Shown here piece by piece: positions 24,859-37,600 of a stretch of 64,000 nucleotides of DNA; positions within the stretch are counted from its first letter, which is position 1, and each line of letters starts with the position of its first letter. Under the pieces are notes generated by a model. It had not been told where the DNA came from, made no database searches, and saw only the letters and a list, made by a program, of their open reading frames with translations. Made by a program: the position numbers and the translations under genes. This DNA comes from Octopus bimaculoides (taxonomy: Eukaryota), in the NCBI RefSeq assembly GCF_001194135.2, contig NC_068983.1, positions 29,913,511-29,977,510 of the forward strand. Reading direction: 5' to 3'.

Positions 24859-25646
24859 TATATATATATATATATGTATATATGTAATTTTTAGGACTAA
24901 TGGGTATATGTCAGTTAGTGTGAGTAAAGCCCATTCACAGTTGGGGGTATATTTCTGCTGGATCTATTTCAGGAATTCCAGTGTTAGTTGAGATAATAAT
25001 AATCAATGAATGAAGTAGATGATGGATTTTAGCATTAGTCTATATTCAGTATGACAATCGTTTCAACCCTTCTGGCAATTGTCCTTTATGGGTGGGATTG
25101 ATGCAACACATTTGGATGCACAACATAGTACTTAACCATAAAATATATGGTTGGGAAGTAAACTCCTTAACCACACAGTCATTCCTGCCCTCTTATTCCT
25201 CCCTCACCCACAGACACAACAAACTTCCTGCAGTTTCTGTCTGTTAAACTCCAACATAAGACATTAATTAACCTGCAGTTACAATAAAGCTTACTTACCA
25301 AGATGTCTCACAGTTGGACTTAACCACATAGCAACAGTGTGGTTTAATTATGCCTAGAATATAAATATATACATAAACCATGCTCGTAACACGTATTTAG
25401 TTTGTATTTAACTGTAGAAAAAGTAGATGTGTTTTGTAATTGTCAATTTCTGGATATGATCTGAATTTCATTAAGAGAATGAAATAGATTTGAAATGTTT
25501 GTATGTAATTCTGAGCATTCTGATAGTTTAGTGTATGAATTAGAATGAGGAAATGTATTTAATGCAATTTTAGGAGTAATTGAAATTTATAATTTTTTAA
25601 ACTTAATTTTCCATGTTTTCTTGTTTTTTCTGTTTCCCGTTTGTAG

Positions 25647-25722
25647 AAGTTTCTTAAACAACTTGCTGACGTATAGAAAATTAACCAAGTTGCGTCCACC
25701 AAGCTCTCGTTCTTCTGTTGGG
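25647..25722 (+). CDS. Pfk: Pfk exon 12 (SFLNNLLTYRKLTKLRPPSSRSSVG; interdomain linker)
   Basis: gtttgtag| acceptor, |gtaaga donor. Confidence 0.94.
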
Positions 25723-26042
25723 GTAAGATTACTTTGCTTTTGTAGTATTAGTTGTTCTTTTTTTTTTATGTGTAATGTTTTAGCAGAAGTGCTATGTTAA
25801 CGAATTCAGTTATTTCTCACAACTTCTAAGACAATCCTTCTTTTCTTAATGTCTTGAACAATCTTTAAGGCATTTCCTTAAAGACCTTGTACAAAATTAA
25901 GCCACCTATCAACTTTCAATCCAACTTTAGCATCTGTACCTCTTTCTAATTGATTATCTCCTAAATATAAATCTTTGCTGCATATATTATAAATTAATTG
26001 CTATCAGCAAATACTAATTTGTCACTTTTGTTATTGTTACAG

Positions 26043-26189
26043 GATACTAAAAACTTAGCTCTTATGAATATTGGTGCACCTGCATGTGGTATGAATGCTG
26101 CAATGAGATCTTTTGTTCGCCTTGGTATTACTAAGGGATATAATATCCTGGCAATCCATGACAGTTTTGATGGTTTGCTGAACGATAAT
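26043..26189 (+). CDS. Pfk: Pfk exon 13 (DTKNLALMNIGAPACGMNAAMRSFVR...LLNDN)
   Basis: gttacag| acceptor, |gtaagt donor; start of the regulatory half. Confidence 0.96.
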
Positions 26190-26300
26190 GTAAGTATTTA
26201 ATCATATATTTCTCCATTTGTTTGCAGTTTTGAAACATAAATTATATCAGTAAATCTTAAGTTTTAACATAATGAATTATAATTTTACAATTTAATTTTT

Positions 26301-26560
26301 AGTGGAGGTGTGTAGCTTAGTGGTTAGAGTGTCAGCATCATGATCGTAAGATTGTAGTTTCAATTCCTGGACTGGGCGATGCGTTGTGTTCTTGAGCAAA
26401 ACACTTCATTTCACATTGCTCCAGTCCACTCAGCTGGCAAAAATGAGTAACACTGCGATGGACTGGCGTCCTGTCCAGCTGGGGAACACATACGCCATAG
26501 AAACTGGGAAACTGGGCCCATGAGCCTGGCTAGGCTTTGGAAGGGTGAGAAAAAAAAAAA
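26301..26560 (+). mobile_element. tRNA-derived SINE family C (CORE-like central block)
   Basis: Head gtggaggtgtgtagcttagtggttag; ttgtgttcttgagcaaaacacttcatttcac block; A-rich tail. Confidence 0.85.
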
Positions 26561-27458
26561 ATTAAAAAATTTTATTTAAAAATTTTATTTCTGATCAGTT
26601 CATCAAAAATCAGATAAGGAAATGATAAACTAAACAGTTAAAATTTTACAGAGAGTATTTTGCTGAGACAAGGCTTAAATGTTATAGGTGACTCTACAAT
26701 CTTAGGTGACTGTTATTATACTTGATTGGATACGGATTAATTTGGATTACTAAATATATATACACATTTGAGTTAAATTATGAATTAATGCTCACACTCC
26801 ATAGTCTTCAGTATCTTCTACTTGTCAGGATTATAGCTGATGCTATAAATCTGATCTGAAACAACTGAGGGAACCTCTGTAAGTTTGCTTGATTTGTTAG
26901 AAGTAGCAATAGTAATTAAATCTCCCTCAAATCTCACCTTACCTTCTGAAAAAAGGAAGGTTACAGAACATAATGTAGTCCTAGATAAGCTACCTGAAAG
27001 AAAAAAAATTAAGACAGATTGGTCATGGTGAGAATGCTTTTGGTTACAAGTCTGCTTTATCAAGGTTGATCTCTCAATTCTATTGATTCTTTCTAAAAAT
27101 TGTATTCCCTTTTCTTTACGTTATTGCAAATACTTCCCTTTATAAATCGTCGCTAAACATTTATATTGAAGATAAGAGACTGAAACAGTAAGCAATAGAC
27201 TTACAATGTAAATCTTGGGGTTGGATTAAATTAAGAATAAGGAAATAATGCAGGGAATCCTGATGCATGGGATATAAAAATAAGATAATTTTACCACGTA
27301 AATAAATATAGATTGGGGAAAAACTGTAGATAACAAAGGATTTTGAAAGATTTGAGAAAATAATGTGAACAGGAAACAATTTGTAAGCTCATCTTTGACA
27401 AAATGGAAAATATATTAATAGCTTTATTGATGATACCTATATTAATAATTGATTGCAG

Positions 27459-27529
27459 GTGACTCCCGTAGCTTGGGAAGATGTGCGAAGTTGGACCAGC
27501 AAAGGTGGATCCTTATTGGGTACCAAAAA
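27459..27529 (+). CDS. Pfk: Pfk exon 14 (VTPVAWEDVRSWTSKGGSLLGTK-K)
   Basis: attgcag| acceptor, AA|gtaatt donor, phase 2. Confidence 0.94.
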
Positions 27530-28268
27530 GTAATTACAAATTGATGTTTTTCTTTTTTTCTATCACCGTATTTTATTTGTTTTAGTATAAAACAAAACAG
27601 AACAGAATTTGGTGTAATTAATTTTCAGCAAATCTTTTGAATCGTTACATGTAGTGTTAACTTACAAGGAAGATCAAACATAAATTTAACAAGCTTGTTA
27701 TGCATGCTAAATTCATTTAATGAATTTAGCATGCATTCAGTGTAAGAGGCCATTGTAGTAGTATGTGCATTGAATACAAACGGATGATACATATTAAATG
27801 AGAAGTGACCGATACTAGAGAAATGTAAATGTAATAAAAGTTAAGTGAGAAATATTTGAGATGAAGTTGTTAGGCTGGCCTGATAATGCTGGGTTTCATC
27901 AAATGAAATTGTATGGATTAAATGTGTATCGCTGAACTATTTTCAATTTTTGCTGAAGTGGAAAATAAGATGTTAAAATAAGGATTATGGCCTCCTTTTA
28001 TTGGTTAAGTGTTGATTAGGAGAGCTGCATTCACTATAAAAGATTTCTTAAACATTTTTTTTTTCTACTTTTAAAGACTTGCAAGTTTTCCTGCTTTAAA
28101 ATTTAATCAATTCTTAAGAAGGAAATCTTAAAGCGAATTTTGCACTAAGTGTAACTGAAAAAAAACTGTTTCAAATTTTTCATTTTTAAGTTAGAAGTAA
28201 TTTTAGCATGATTTTATGATGAAAATTACATGAGCATGAATTCTTAAAAAATTTTTTTTTAATTTTAG

Positions 28269-28359
28269 AATGATTGCTGGGAAAATTGGCCTTGAGAAAA
28301 TTGCTGCCAAATTTATCAAACACAAAATACATGGTCTATGTGTTATTGGTGGCTTTGAG
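28269..28359 (+). CDS. Pfk: Pfk exon 15 (MIAGKIGLEKIAAKFIKHKIHGLCVIGGFE)
   Basis: attttag| acceptor, |gtaaaa donor. Confidence 0.94.
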
Positions 28360-28875
28360 GTAAAATTTTATGCTACATTATACACTATTTATAATCAATA
28401 TTCTTACATTATCCTATTATTATGGGCAGTTTTTTGTACAAAAATTTAATTCAAATTATGACAATAATATGCACTTTTGCTACTGGAAAGGATTATACTT
28501 TTGGAATTTGGTGTTATCTTGAAAATTTTGTTTTCTCAATCTTGAGTATTAAACTCAAAATTTTTAATTTTTTAAACTTTCTCACTCTTTCTCTCAATAT
28601 ATATATATATAACTGGTATTTGTTGTGTTGCATGAATGTAGATGATCAATTATGCCACCCATTAATTTTACCTCTAGCGTTAGTGGTCACTGATATGGTT
28701 ATAATCTATCTAAGCATTTGATGAGCATTAAAATAAGGAATTTTAATTTCAGTTGTTGATAACTTGATATGGACCATTAAATCAGATGGAACTTTTAAAG
28801 ACTTGAAGAAAGTGCTTACATTGACTACATGTACTTTTCTCACTCTCTCTCTCTCTTTTTTTTTTTTTCTTGCAG

Positions 28876-29028
28876 GCATACCACAGTGTCGTCCAGCTGT
28901 GCGAAGCACGTTATCGTTTTCCAGCATTCTGTATTCCGATGATTGTTATCCCTTGTACTATCAGTAATAATATCCCTGGTACAGATTTTAGTTTAGGAGC
29001 AGACACAGCTCTTAATGAAATTACTGAC
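28876..29028 (+). CDS. Pfk: Pfk exon 16 (AYHSVV...PCTISNNIPGTDFSLGADTALNEITD)
   Basis: tcttgcag| acceptor, |gtaagt donor. Confidence 0.97.
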
Positions 29029-29945
29029 GTAAGTAATTTTTAGCAATGGAATAATTTTCTTTTTCATTTAAAGATATTAAACATGTTCTGTATTTCTTCA
29101 ATTATGATTTTCTTTTTTTTTTTTTTTTTTTTTTGTCAAAAACTAGGTCTTTGAGTGTCTTGTCCCATATTTTGCAAAATAGTGTGTTAATTTCCTTCTA
29201 GGTCCATCTTCAGCTGGAATTTGGCTCCTTAGAGGAAAAAAGGGAATGAGACTCCTCACATGTAACATCTTTTTTTCAGAATGGGGTAAAGATATTGCAT
29301 GTGAGATGTGTCTGCCATCTCTTTTGATCATAAAGAATTATTTATTGTCTTCAAAGATGGCACTTTGATTCAATTATAACTTTATAAATAATTATCTCAT
29401 TTGGTAAGCATGCTATGGATGAGTGGCAAAAGTAGAATGGTAATGGATATGGTATTAGGTTGTTAGACAGAACACTTAATTCATTATTGTCTTATTTCAT
29501 GTCAGACTTTTCTCCAAAATTTTCTGTAATTGACTGATCTCATTTCAAAAAGAGCAGAATGTTGCTTATCAGCTTAATTCTGCTGAAAATGGACTTGAGC
29601 ATTGACCTTATGGAGGGATTAACTAAAATACAGGTAGCCTAGGTGATGGTACACAGATTTAAGCCTTGTTTCAAATACTGACATAATAAATGGCATCTCT
29701 TCCCTCAGACTATTTATCTGAAACAGATATTTAAACAGCATTAGAAAAGGTAACTAACAAATAACACTACTCCAATGATTTCTTTTAATGTGAGATTTTA
29801 AGTCATCATCCCTCCATGGGCATGGAAACCAAGTGGTTATAATTAGCAATATTAGTGAAATGAGTGGTATGGTTTTAACCCTTCATTTAACTACTGTGAC
29901 CTGTTTTTAACTACTTATTAATGTTATAATGCCTATTTTTATCTA

Positions 29946-30092
29946 TGGCATTAGGAAGGGCATCCAGCTGTAGAAACTCAGCCAAATCAGATTGGAGCCT
30001 GATGTAGCCATCTGGTTCACCGGTCCTCAGTCAAATCGTCCAACCCATACTAGCATGGAAAGCGGTCGTTAAACGATGATGATGATGATGAT
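29946..30092 (+). mobile_element. Family D 3' fragment
   Basis: Same 3' block and (GAT)n tail. Confidence 0.85.
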
Positions 30093-30693
30093 CTTTAGAC
30101 ATTGTGAATGTGAGACAACCAACTAAACTTCTGATAACACGGTCATATATCTAGACCATGTGACAATTATTGTGTGATGCCTATAAGCAAGGCACATATT
30201 CTGTTCTAGGAAGAACCTCCAGTAGTAAAATCACATGCTGCAAGAATATGCAAAATCCAAATTTGTATAAATCCACCTATGACCATGATAAAATGAAAAA
30301 CACAATAGAACTATCTTTTAAACCAGTTTTAGGTGGTAGATGTGTAACATGCTCACCCTTTGAGATCTAAACCACATATTGCCTGGTGATTCCGTTATTG
30401 ATAGCACTATAAATTACCTGCTGTTTTCTGTTCTAAAGTTATTAATGGGTCTTTTTTCTGCTATGCTAAGTGAACTCTATTTTGCCTTCACAAGTATCTC
30501 ACTTGTTTCACAGACAGTTTGTCAGTTGCTTAGCATTAGCAGAATAAGCTAGTCTACTAATGTCCAACCTGACAAGCAAGAGAGATATGATTAAAATTCA
30601 TTTTAGAATGCCTCCCACCTTCTTTTTTCTTTGTTACTGGTCAAGTTCCAATGCTTTAAGATGTCTTTTTATCTTTTTTTATTAAAAATTTAG

Positions 30694-30858
30694 ATTTGTG
30701 ATCGAATCAAGCAATCAGCTTTAGGTACTAAAAGAAGAGTTTTTATTGTTGAAACTATGGGTGGCTATTGTGGCTACCTTGCTACCATGGCTGGGTTAGC
30801 TGGAGGAGCTGATGCTGCCTACATCTATGAAGAAAATATGACCATCACAGATTTAAGG
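30694..30858 (+). CDS. Pfk: Pfk exon 17 ([27 protein letters not shown]...TDLR)
   Basis: aatttag| acceptor, |gtaagc donor. Confidence 0.97.
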
Positions 30859-31821
30859 GTAAGCATATGATGTTATCCCACCATTAATTTATATACATGA
30901 TAAATGCTTGAAGAAGTATTATATTGAATGTGTCTTAGAAATGTCCATTCTTGTGTAATCTTGTTGCCTCAATCACCTAAATTAAATTTGCATTGATTTT
31001 ATGGTGAAACTACAGAAATTCAGGATTATTGTTATACAGCATCAGATCAGCTCTGGTCAAGCAGTTGGCATGTAGGTTGTTGGCCAAATGACTAGACATG
31101 CTCTCATATCTGTTGTTTTAGTACAATGCTTCTGTCTAGAATCAACTTTACCAATAAGTAATTATTGCATTGCTTGGATAGGTAACATATCAGATATATC
31201 TTAGAAATGCTTATATTATGATAGCTGCAAACACTTAATCTTATTATTCTCTATCAGATATAAACTTATACAAAAACTAACAAAGAACCAGATCATGTTG
31301 GAAAAGAATAATTTGAAAATCTGATATAGTGCTTTATTAATTTCCAGATTAGTGGACATGATATTGGTAATTATTATGAAATTATCTTAGAAGGTAAAGG
31401 GAGACAGTATTTAGTTACATCCCATTAAGTTCTGTGTTCAAATTTTGCCGATTAAGTTCTGGGAATTGATTGAATTGACTTAATGATTCCTAATACAAAG
31501 CCATAGATTCTGAAAAAGGTGTATAGATAATTAAGAAATGAGATCAGGGTGTTGTACACCTGTTTAGATAGTTTACAATATCTTGTTCAGCACTGTGCCT
31601 TTCTCTTAGAGAAAAAGGTTTTGTGCTTAGTGAGAAAATAATGTAGTAAATGGTTTACTCTTGGTGAACTGACGCTCTAGTTTGCTTTTCATTCACAGTC
31701 AGAAATTATTTAGAAATCTTGGAAGTCATGAGTCTTGTAACTCCCAACACTATGGCTTTTCACCTACATAACCTCTCACCTAATTTTTACATACCTTTTT
31801 TTTTTTCTTTTTTTTTTTCAG

Positions 31822-31886
31822 AATGATGTATTCCATTTAAAGAATAAGATTAAAGACATTGGAGTTCAGAGAGGTTTGATTTTGAG
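31822..31886 (+). CDS. Pfk: Pfk exon 18 (NDVFHLKNKIKDIGVQRGLIL-R)
   Basis: tttttcag| acceptor, |gtattg donor. Confidence 0.95.
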
Positions 31887-32899
31887 GTATTGATATTTTT
31901 TTTTTAATTGATCTATTTAAAAATACAATTATCAATATTGTCCTACTTGAATTTTTGTCATAATTTCTTACTAAGTACATGCTGCAAATATTCTTTAAAT
32001 AAATAATAATGCTGTGCTGTATTTTTTTTTTTTTTAGTTGGGTGGGTTCTCTTTTGTAATGCATGAAAGAAGAAAAATTCATATTGGCTCATTGTGTGTG
32101 AGTCTATATCACTAATAAATTAGAAAAGGCATAATAGAGTTCATACTTCATTGGAACTGATTTTTTACTGCTATTTGATTATTATTATTATATTGCAATT
32201 GATAATTATCTCATTTTCTGTGAATAATGTTTCAATCAGCATTCTGTCTTATTCAGTAGCTACTATCCCTGTTCATTTTCAGAAATATTTCAGCCATAAT
32301 TTGCATTCAGTTTTACTCTCCATATAGAGTCTGTCAAGAGCCCTGGGTCTCATAAGGTTTAACCTAGTTTCCATGGTCTATAAGTGACTGAGATAACAAT
32401 ACTTCCTGTTGAACATGGCACTAGTCTGTTGTAGGATTAATTTTCCAGCTTTTGCTAGAACTCATTTTCAGTTGACCAGACTGGAGCAATGTGAAATGAA
32501 GTTTTCTGCTCAAGAATGTGCCACCTGGTCATGAAGGCAACACTAACCACTAAACTACGTCTTCAGTTACGTTTCATATAGTGAACTTAAATTTGTATAA
32601 AAATTTTGGCCCATTTCAATTTTGATTACCATCTGATTCAGGAGTCCTGTATATATTTTTCCTCATGAAATATCTTAGCATGGTTTCTGAAAATTTTACA
32701 TTTGCATGTTATGTAGCCACTCTCTAATTGAAGGCTCTTTATATCAATTCTTCAACCATAAAAATTAGTAACACTTATTTGCTTCAAAGCAGATTAAGAC
32801 AAACAAAGCTATTCTTGAATTTCTGATTTTCCAAAGATTGTGAAATAAGTAATCTCATGCATATTTAAACCAAATGAAATTTTCTTCTTGTATTTGAAG

Positions 32900-33114
32900 G
32901 AATGAAAATGCTAATTCTAACTATACTACGGATTTCATCTACCAATTGTTCTCTGAAGAAGGCAAAGGTGTATTTACAACTCGTAAAAATGTCTTGGGTC
33001 ATATGCAGCAAGGAGGTGTCCCAACACCATTTGATAGAAACTTTGGTACAAAAATGGCTTCCAAAGCTATCGACCATCTAATTGCACAACTTGAAGAACA
33101 TACCCGCCCTGATG
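32900..33114 (+). CDS. Pfk: Pfk exon 19 ([12 protein letters not shown]...[16 protein letters not shown]...RPD-G)
   Basis: tttgaag| acceptor, |gtaatt donor. Confidence 0.97.
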
Positions 33115-33302
33115 GTAATTATGTTGTTAAGGATATAATTTTTATATTTTAAAAGAATGACTAATGAATTGTGAAAATAAGTAAATATTAATTTGATCCT
33201 TCAGACTATTATTTCAAAGTGTAACTTACTAAAATATTTTGCATTTACATTAAGCTTTACAAGTATGCTACTTTTCTCATTAAAATTTATACTTCTTTTC
33301 AG

Positions 33303-33408
33303 GAACTGTCTTTACTTCGCAGCTTGAGACTGCTACACTTCTTGGAATGCAAAAACGTCATTTGTGCTTCACTCCAGTCATGGAGCTAACTCAATATGCT
33401 AATTTTGA
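33303..33408 (+). CDS. Pfk: Pfk exon 20 (TVFTSQLETATLLGMQKRHLCFTPVMELTQYANF-E)
   Basis: cttttcag| acceptor, |gtaagt donor. Confidence 0.95.
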
Positions 33409-33956
33409 GTAAGTGTTTAAAATATATCTTTGATTTTACACATCTACAATGTTGTACAATGGGTGTAAAAGGGGCCAAACATCTAACCATTTAGTCTTCA
33501 ATTAAAACATATGCTACAGCTGTTGTGATGTGCTCTCGGTAAAGCACATATCTAAGCTTATCTGCAGAATTAACAAGAACACTTACTTCATGCTTATGTA
33601 TAGAATGAAAATTCAGCTGTACAATTACTCTGATAGTAGGCAAATATCTAAATTTGTGAAATCCATCACAGACGTTGGAGCAATGGATTATAAAATGGTG
33701 AAAACCAATCATCATTAACATCATTATTTAATGACCACTTTTCCATGCTTGCATGGTGCAAATCAAATTTTTGAGGTACATTTTCTGCTGCCAGATGCCC
33801 TTTCTATCACCAACTCTTGATTGTTTCCAAGCAAGGTAATATTCCCCTTAACCAGACATGTTTTCACAGAAGATTGGAAATGACAGACAACTGTAAATGA
33901 ATGTCACCATCATGCAAGTGCTATCTCATGAAATCAAGGCAAGGTGACATTAACAC

Positions 33957-34102
33957 ACATACATACATACATACATACATACATACATACATACATACAT
34001 ACATACATACATACATACATACATACATACATACATACATACATACATACATACATACATACATACATACATACATACATACATACATACATACATACAT
34101 AC
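33957..34102. repeat. (ATAC)n tetranucleotide microsatellite, about 36 units, in Pfk intron 20
   Basis: Perfect run followed by (GT)n. Confidence 0.95.
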
Positions 34103-34507
34103 GTGTGTGTGTGTGTGTGTATGTAACTTTTAATTTAAAAGTTGCACGTGAAAGGAAAATCTAGGATTTCAGTGGGAACTGAATTTAGGATGTAAGAGAG
34201 ATGAATTCAGTAACTATATTTTTGATAAGAACTATGTTACTAGATATTACTCAAGTGAATTTTATTGGAAAAAGAAATTACCGTTTAAAACATTATTGGC
34301 TTTGAAAATCCAGTGTAAAAAATATAGTTTATGATCTGATAAAAAAGAGTTATCTAAAATTTAAACACTGAGAAAGATTTGAAAATTTACTACCAATCTT
34401 TTTTAAAATTAAATAGAAAATAGTTTTTAGCTCTCTTTATTATTTAAATTTTAAATTATTTTGATAATTTTTTAAAAAATCTTTCCTTTTTTTTCTTCCC
34501 ATTCTAG

Positions 34508-34646
34508 GAAACGTATTCCTAAAGAACAATGGTGGCTAAAACTACGTTCACTGTTGAGAATCTTGGCCAAGCACGAAACCGTGGCCTATCACACAGAAGC
34601 TGTATCTGCTGGTGTTGATGAGGTAGAAGATGAAGATAACATTTAG
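34508..34646 (+). CDS. Pfk: Pfk exon 21 (KRIPKEQWWLKLRSLLRILAKHE...VDEVEDEDNI*)
   Basis: cattctag| acceptor; TAG at 34644-34646; possible internal donor GAG|gtagaa after 34622. Confidence 0.95.
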
Positions 34647-37600
34647 TTACCTTTCTCCCTATATTTATCAGACATTTATCTTTGTTTTGGATATTTTTTG
34701 TTTGAAAACTGTTGCTTTTCCCCTTCATGAACATTTTTCTGATTTAGATTTACAGCATCAAGAATAGTTTTATTGACTTGGAATTTTGAATATAATAACG
34801 CTATTTATTTGAAATATATTTTTCAAATTGTAAAATATATATTCTATCTATATCCTCAAATAATGTTTACATCCTTTAAATTACGTTACTAACAATTTTT
34901 TAAGATTATTTCGAATTTCTTATAGAAAAATGTCTCAAAACGGGGTAGATTTATAATGCAGTGTTTAATTCTAAAAGTGATCAAAATTGTCTCGAAGCAT
35001 ATTGGTTTCAAGTAACTTATTCATGATAATTTTACTAAAATGCTTAGTAAAATACAAGTGGAATTTAAAATTGATAACTATTAGTATTCCATCGCCAAAC
35101 CAAAATTTTACCTCCAAGTTGTATTCATCTTTAACCTTGTTTTGTTATTTTCATCCTTGCCTATTTGCTTTTTGCTGATCTCATTTGTATGTTATTTAAA
35201 AGGGTTTTATTTAAGTTAAGAAACTATTAATTTTTTTAAAATTAAGTTACATTTTAAATAGTCTTTCAATTATAAATTATTTAGTTAATTTTCTAATTCA
35301 ATTTGTTTTAACACAATGCTACTTTTTATATTTTTGTATTTTTTATAATTTAATGAAATTTGGTTTCAATTAAATCTTAATTACATATTCTAAGAATATG
35401 AAATTCTTATAGGAATACTTTGTATGCTTTTAACATTGATCTTTTTCATAATCGCTGTAGCATTGTTTAAAAATGCATCAAAGTATTTCAAATTAATCAT
35501 CAACTCTTTAGAGAATTGATATTTTTGACAAATAGTATGAATCAGAATAAATTTGCAAAAATGATTTTAGATGAAAAACAAAAGAAGCAATGTAATTTGC
35601 AAGGTGTTAAATGACTAAAAGTTTGAAATTGACTTTAGGAATAATGATGTATTAATATCAAATGAAATAAATTTATTAGCTTGCTTAATTTATTGATACC
35701 CGTGACGAATAACTTATATAGAAACAAAAGTAAATGTTTCAAACATATCTTATATTTAATTTTACATAGTTGTTACTTGCTTATCTGTGATATTGTTATA
35801 GCTGTTAATAGATTTTTGTGATCGATTCTAAAAGGAATAAAAGCCAAAATAGAAGATGAGCAGAATGAACAAAATTTTAGGAAGCTTTCTGCTAGAAAGT
35901 TGTTTTTTATGATAAACTGATTTGGTGTCATCATCATTTCCCTTTTTAATAAATCACACAATAATTACTTGTCTAAACTAATGGCTATAATTAGTTTAAT
36001 ACAATAAAGATCTGTTTTATTTTATCTATTCCAAATCTTTTATGTATATTTCTGTACAATACTCTGTTAGTTTGCTGTTAACTGTTTTGTTAGTAAACAG
36101 GAGTTTGTAATTTAAATAAATAATTGAAATTATCAGTATCACTTAAAAAAAAAAAAAGAATAAGAAATAATATTTGATATAAATTATGTTTTAATTATTT
36201 TAATCATTAGCTTATATTTTGTACCTTTTTTCACCTTTGAGGAAATATTTTTTAAATCTAGAATTAGAATGAAAACATTTTAGTCTGGGAGAAAGGTAAT
36301 CTAATTTGCTTGAATATTATTCAATCTAGAAAAAAATATTCGCTCCATTGATATCTGATTTCTATCAGAGAAACCGTTTCTGTGAAATATTCTGTAACAA
36401 ATAAAGCAATTCTTGAAAACTTTCAATATTTCTCTTCTCATTTCTGCTTGCTGCCTCTTTCTTTCCCAACTTCACTGCCATTACCTATCCAGGCTTTACA
36501 AAAGCATACACTGCTTCTCCTTTTACTTTTCCCTTTCTATCACTTTATCTTTTCCCCTTTTATCTATTAGGTTATATCAAAAAATTTTTGACTTTAAAAT
36601 TAAGGTTAAAAACTTCCTGTATAATCCATCAATGTTTATTAATATATCAATATACCTATCTTACTTCAGTCTATTGAACTACAAAATATTATTGACTAAG
36701 CACAAATCAAATCTGAAGGTGCTTTACTTTAAGTATTAGAAGGGATGGAATTTATAATCATGTGATTTGTAAAAGCTATTATATTCATATTCAGTGTGTA
36801 ATGGTATATATACTCTAAAATATAAAATATACAATAACAATTTTAGAATATTTGGTAAAAGAAGACATGTTTTGATAATATAAATCTACATTTCAACCTT
36901 AGATATGAAATATTTTATTCTCTAAGTTGATAAGTTTTATCTTATTGTTTGTTTCTTTTATATTTTTAAATTTCTTCAAGAAGCCTTTCTCACTCCTTCA
37001 GTTAGGATGACGTACAAAAATCAGCTTATCACAACTGTACTGTAGACTTAATTTCTCTTTACTTGTTTTGTTTTTTATTTTCTTTAGAAAGTTACAGAAC
37101 TGGAGTTAATAGAAAACTCTTATTTCAAGTAGAAATTGTTTTGATACTTTCAGGTTGCAGATTATCTGAAGTTTACACTTTAATATTGTTTTTTTTTTTT
37201 GTTCGTTTTCTTTTGTTTTGTTTTGGGGGTTTTTTTTCAAATTTATTTTGAAATATCAAGATTTTATTTAATTAATATCATCCCAATTGATATCATTCTC
37301 ACTTTTAACAGTAAAAACTGAATCTTTGTATGCAAATGCTTTTCCATTCTTTGATTTTAAGTTCACAATAATAAGTAATTCAATGATTTTAGTTTAATTT
37401 TCTTCATACTGAAACATTTTCTGTAAAGTCTAACTTCCTATGATATGGTTTAAGTATCTTATCATTGTACTACTCTTTTTCAATTACCAAATACTATCAA
37501 AAATGGAGACTTATGTGTTCATGAATGCCTCTTATAATGGTTCCTTAATATAAACATGACTCCTTCGTAAACTGACCAATACCTTTCTAAATTCATTCAA

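Noticed and set aside
33715-34120. CRISPR-like or other prokaryotic features
   Set aside because: Repeats are eukaryotic microsatellites and retroposons with no spacer structure; nothing in the window suggests bacterial origin
34644-34730. Stop-codon read-through of Pfk
   Set aside because: TAG-T is not a leaky context and the downstream frame is low-complexity UTR-like sequence
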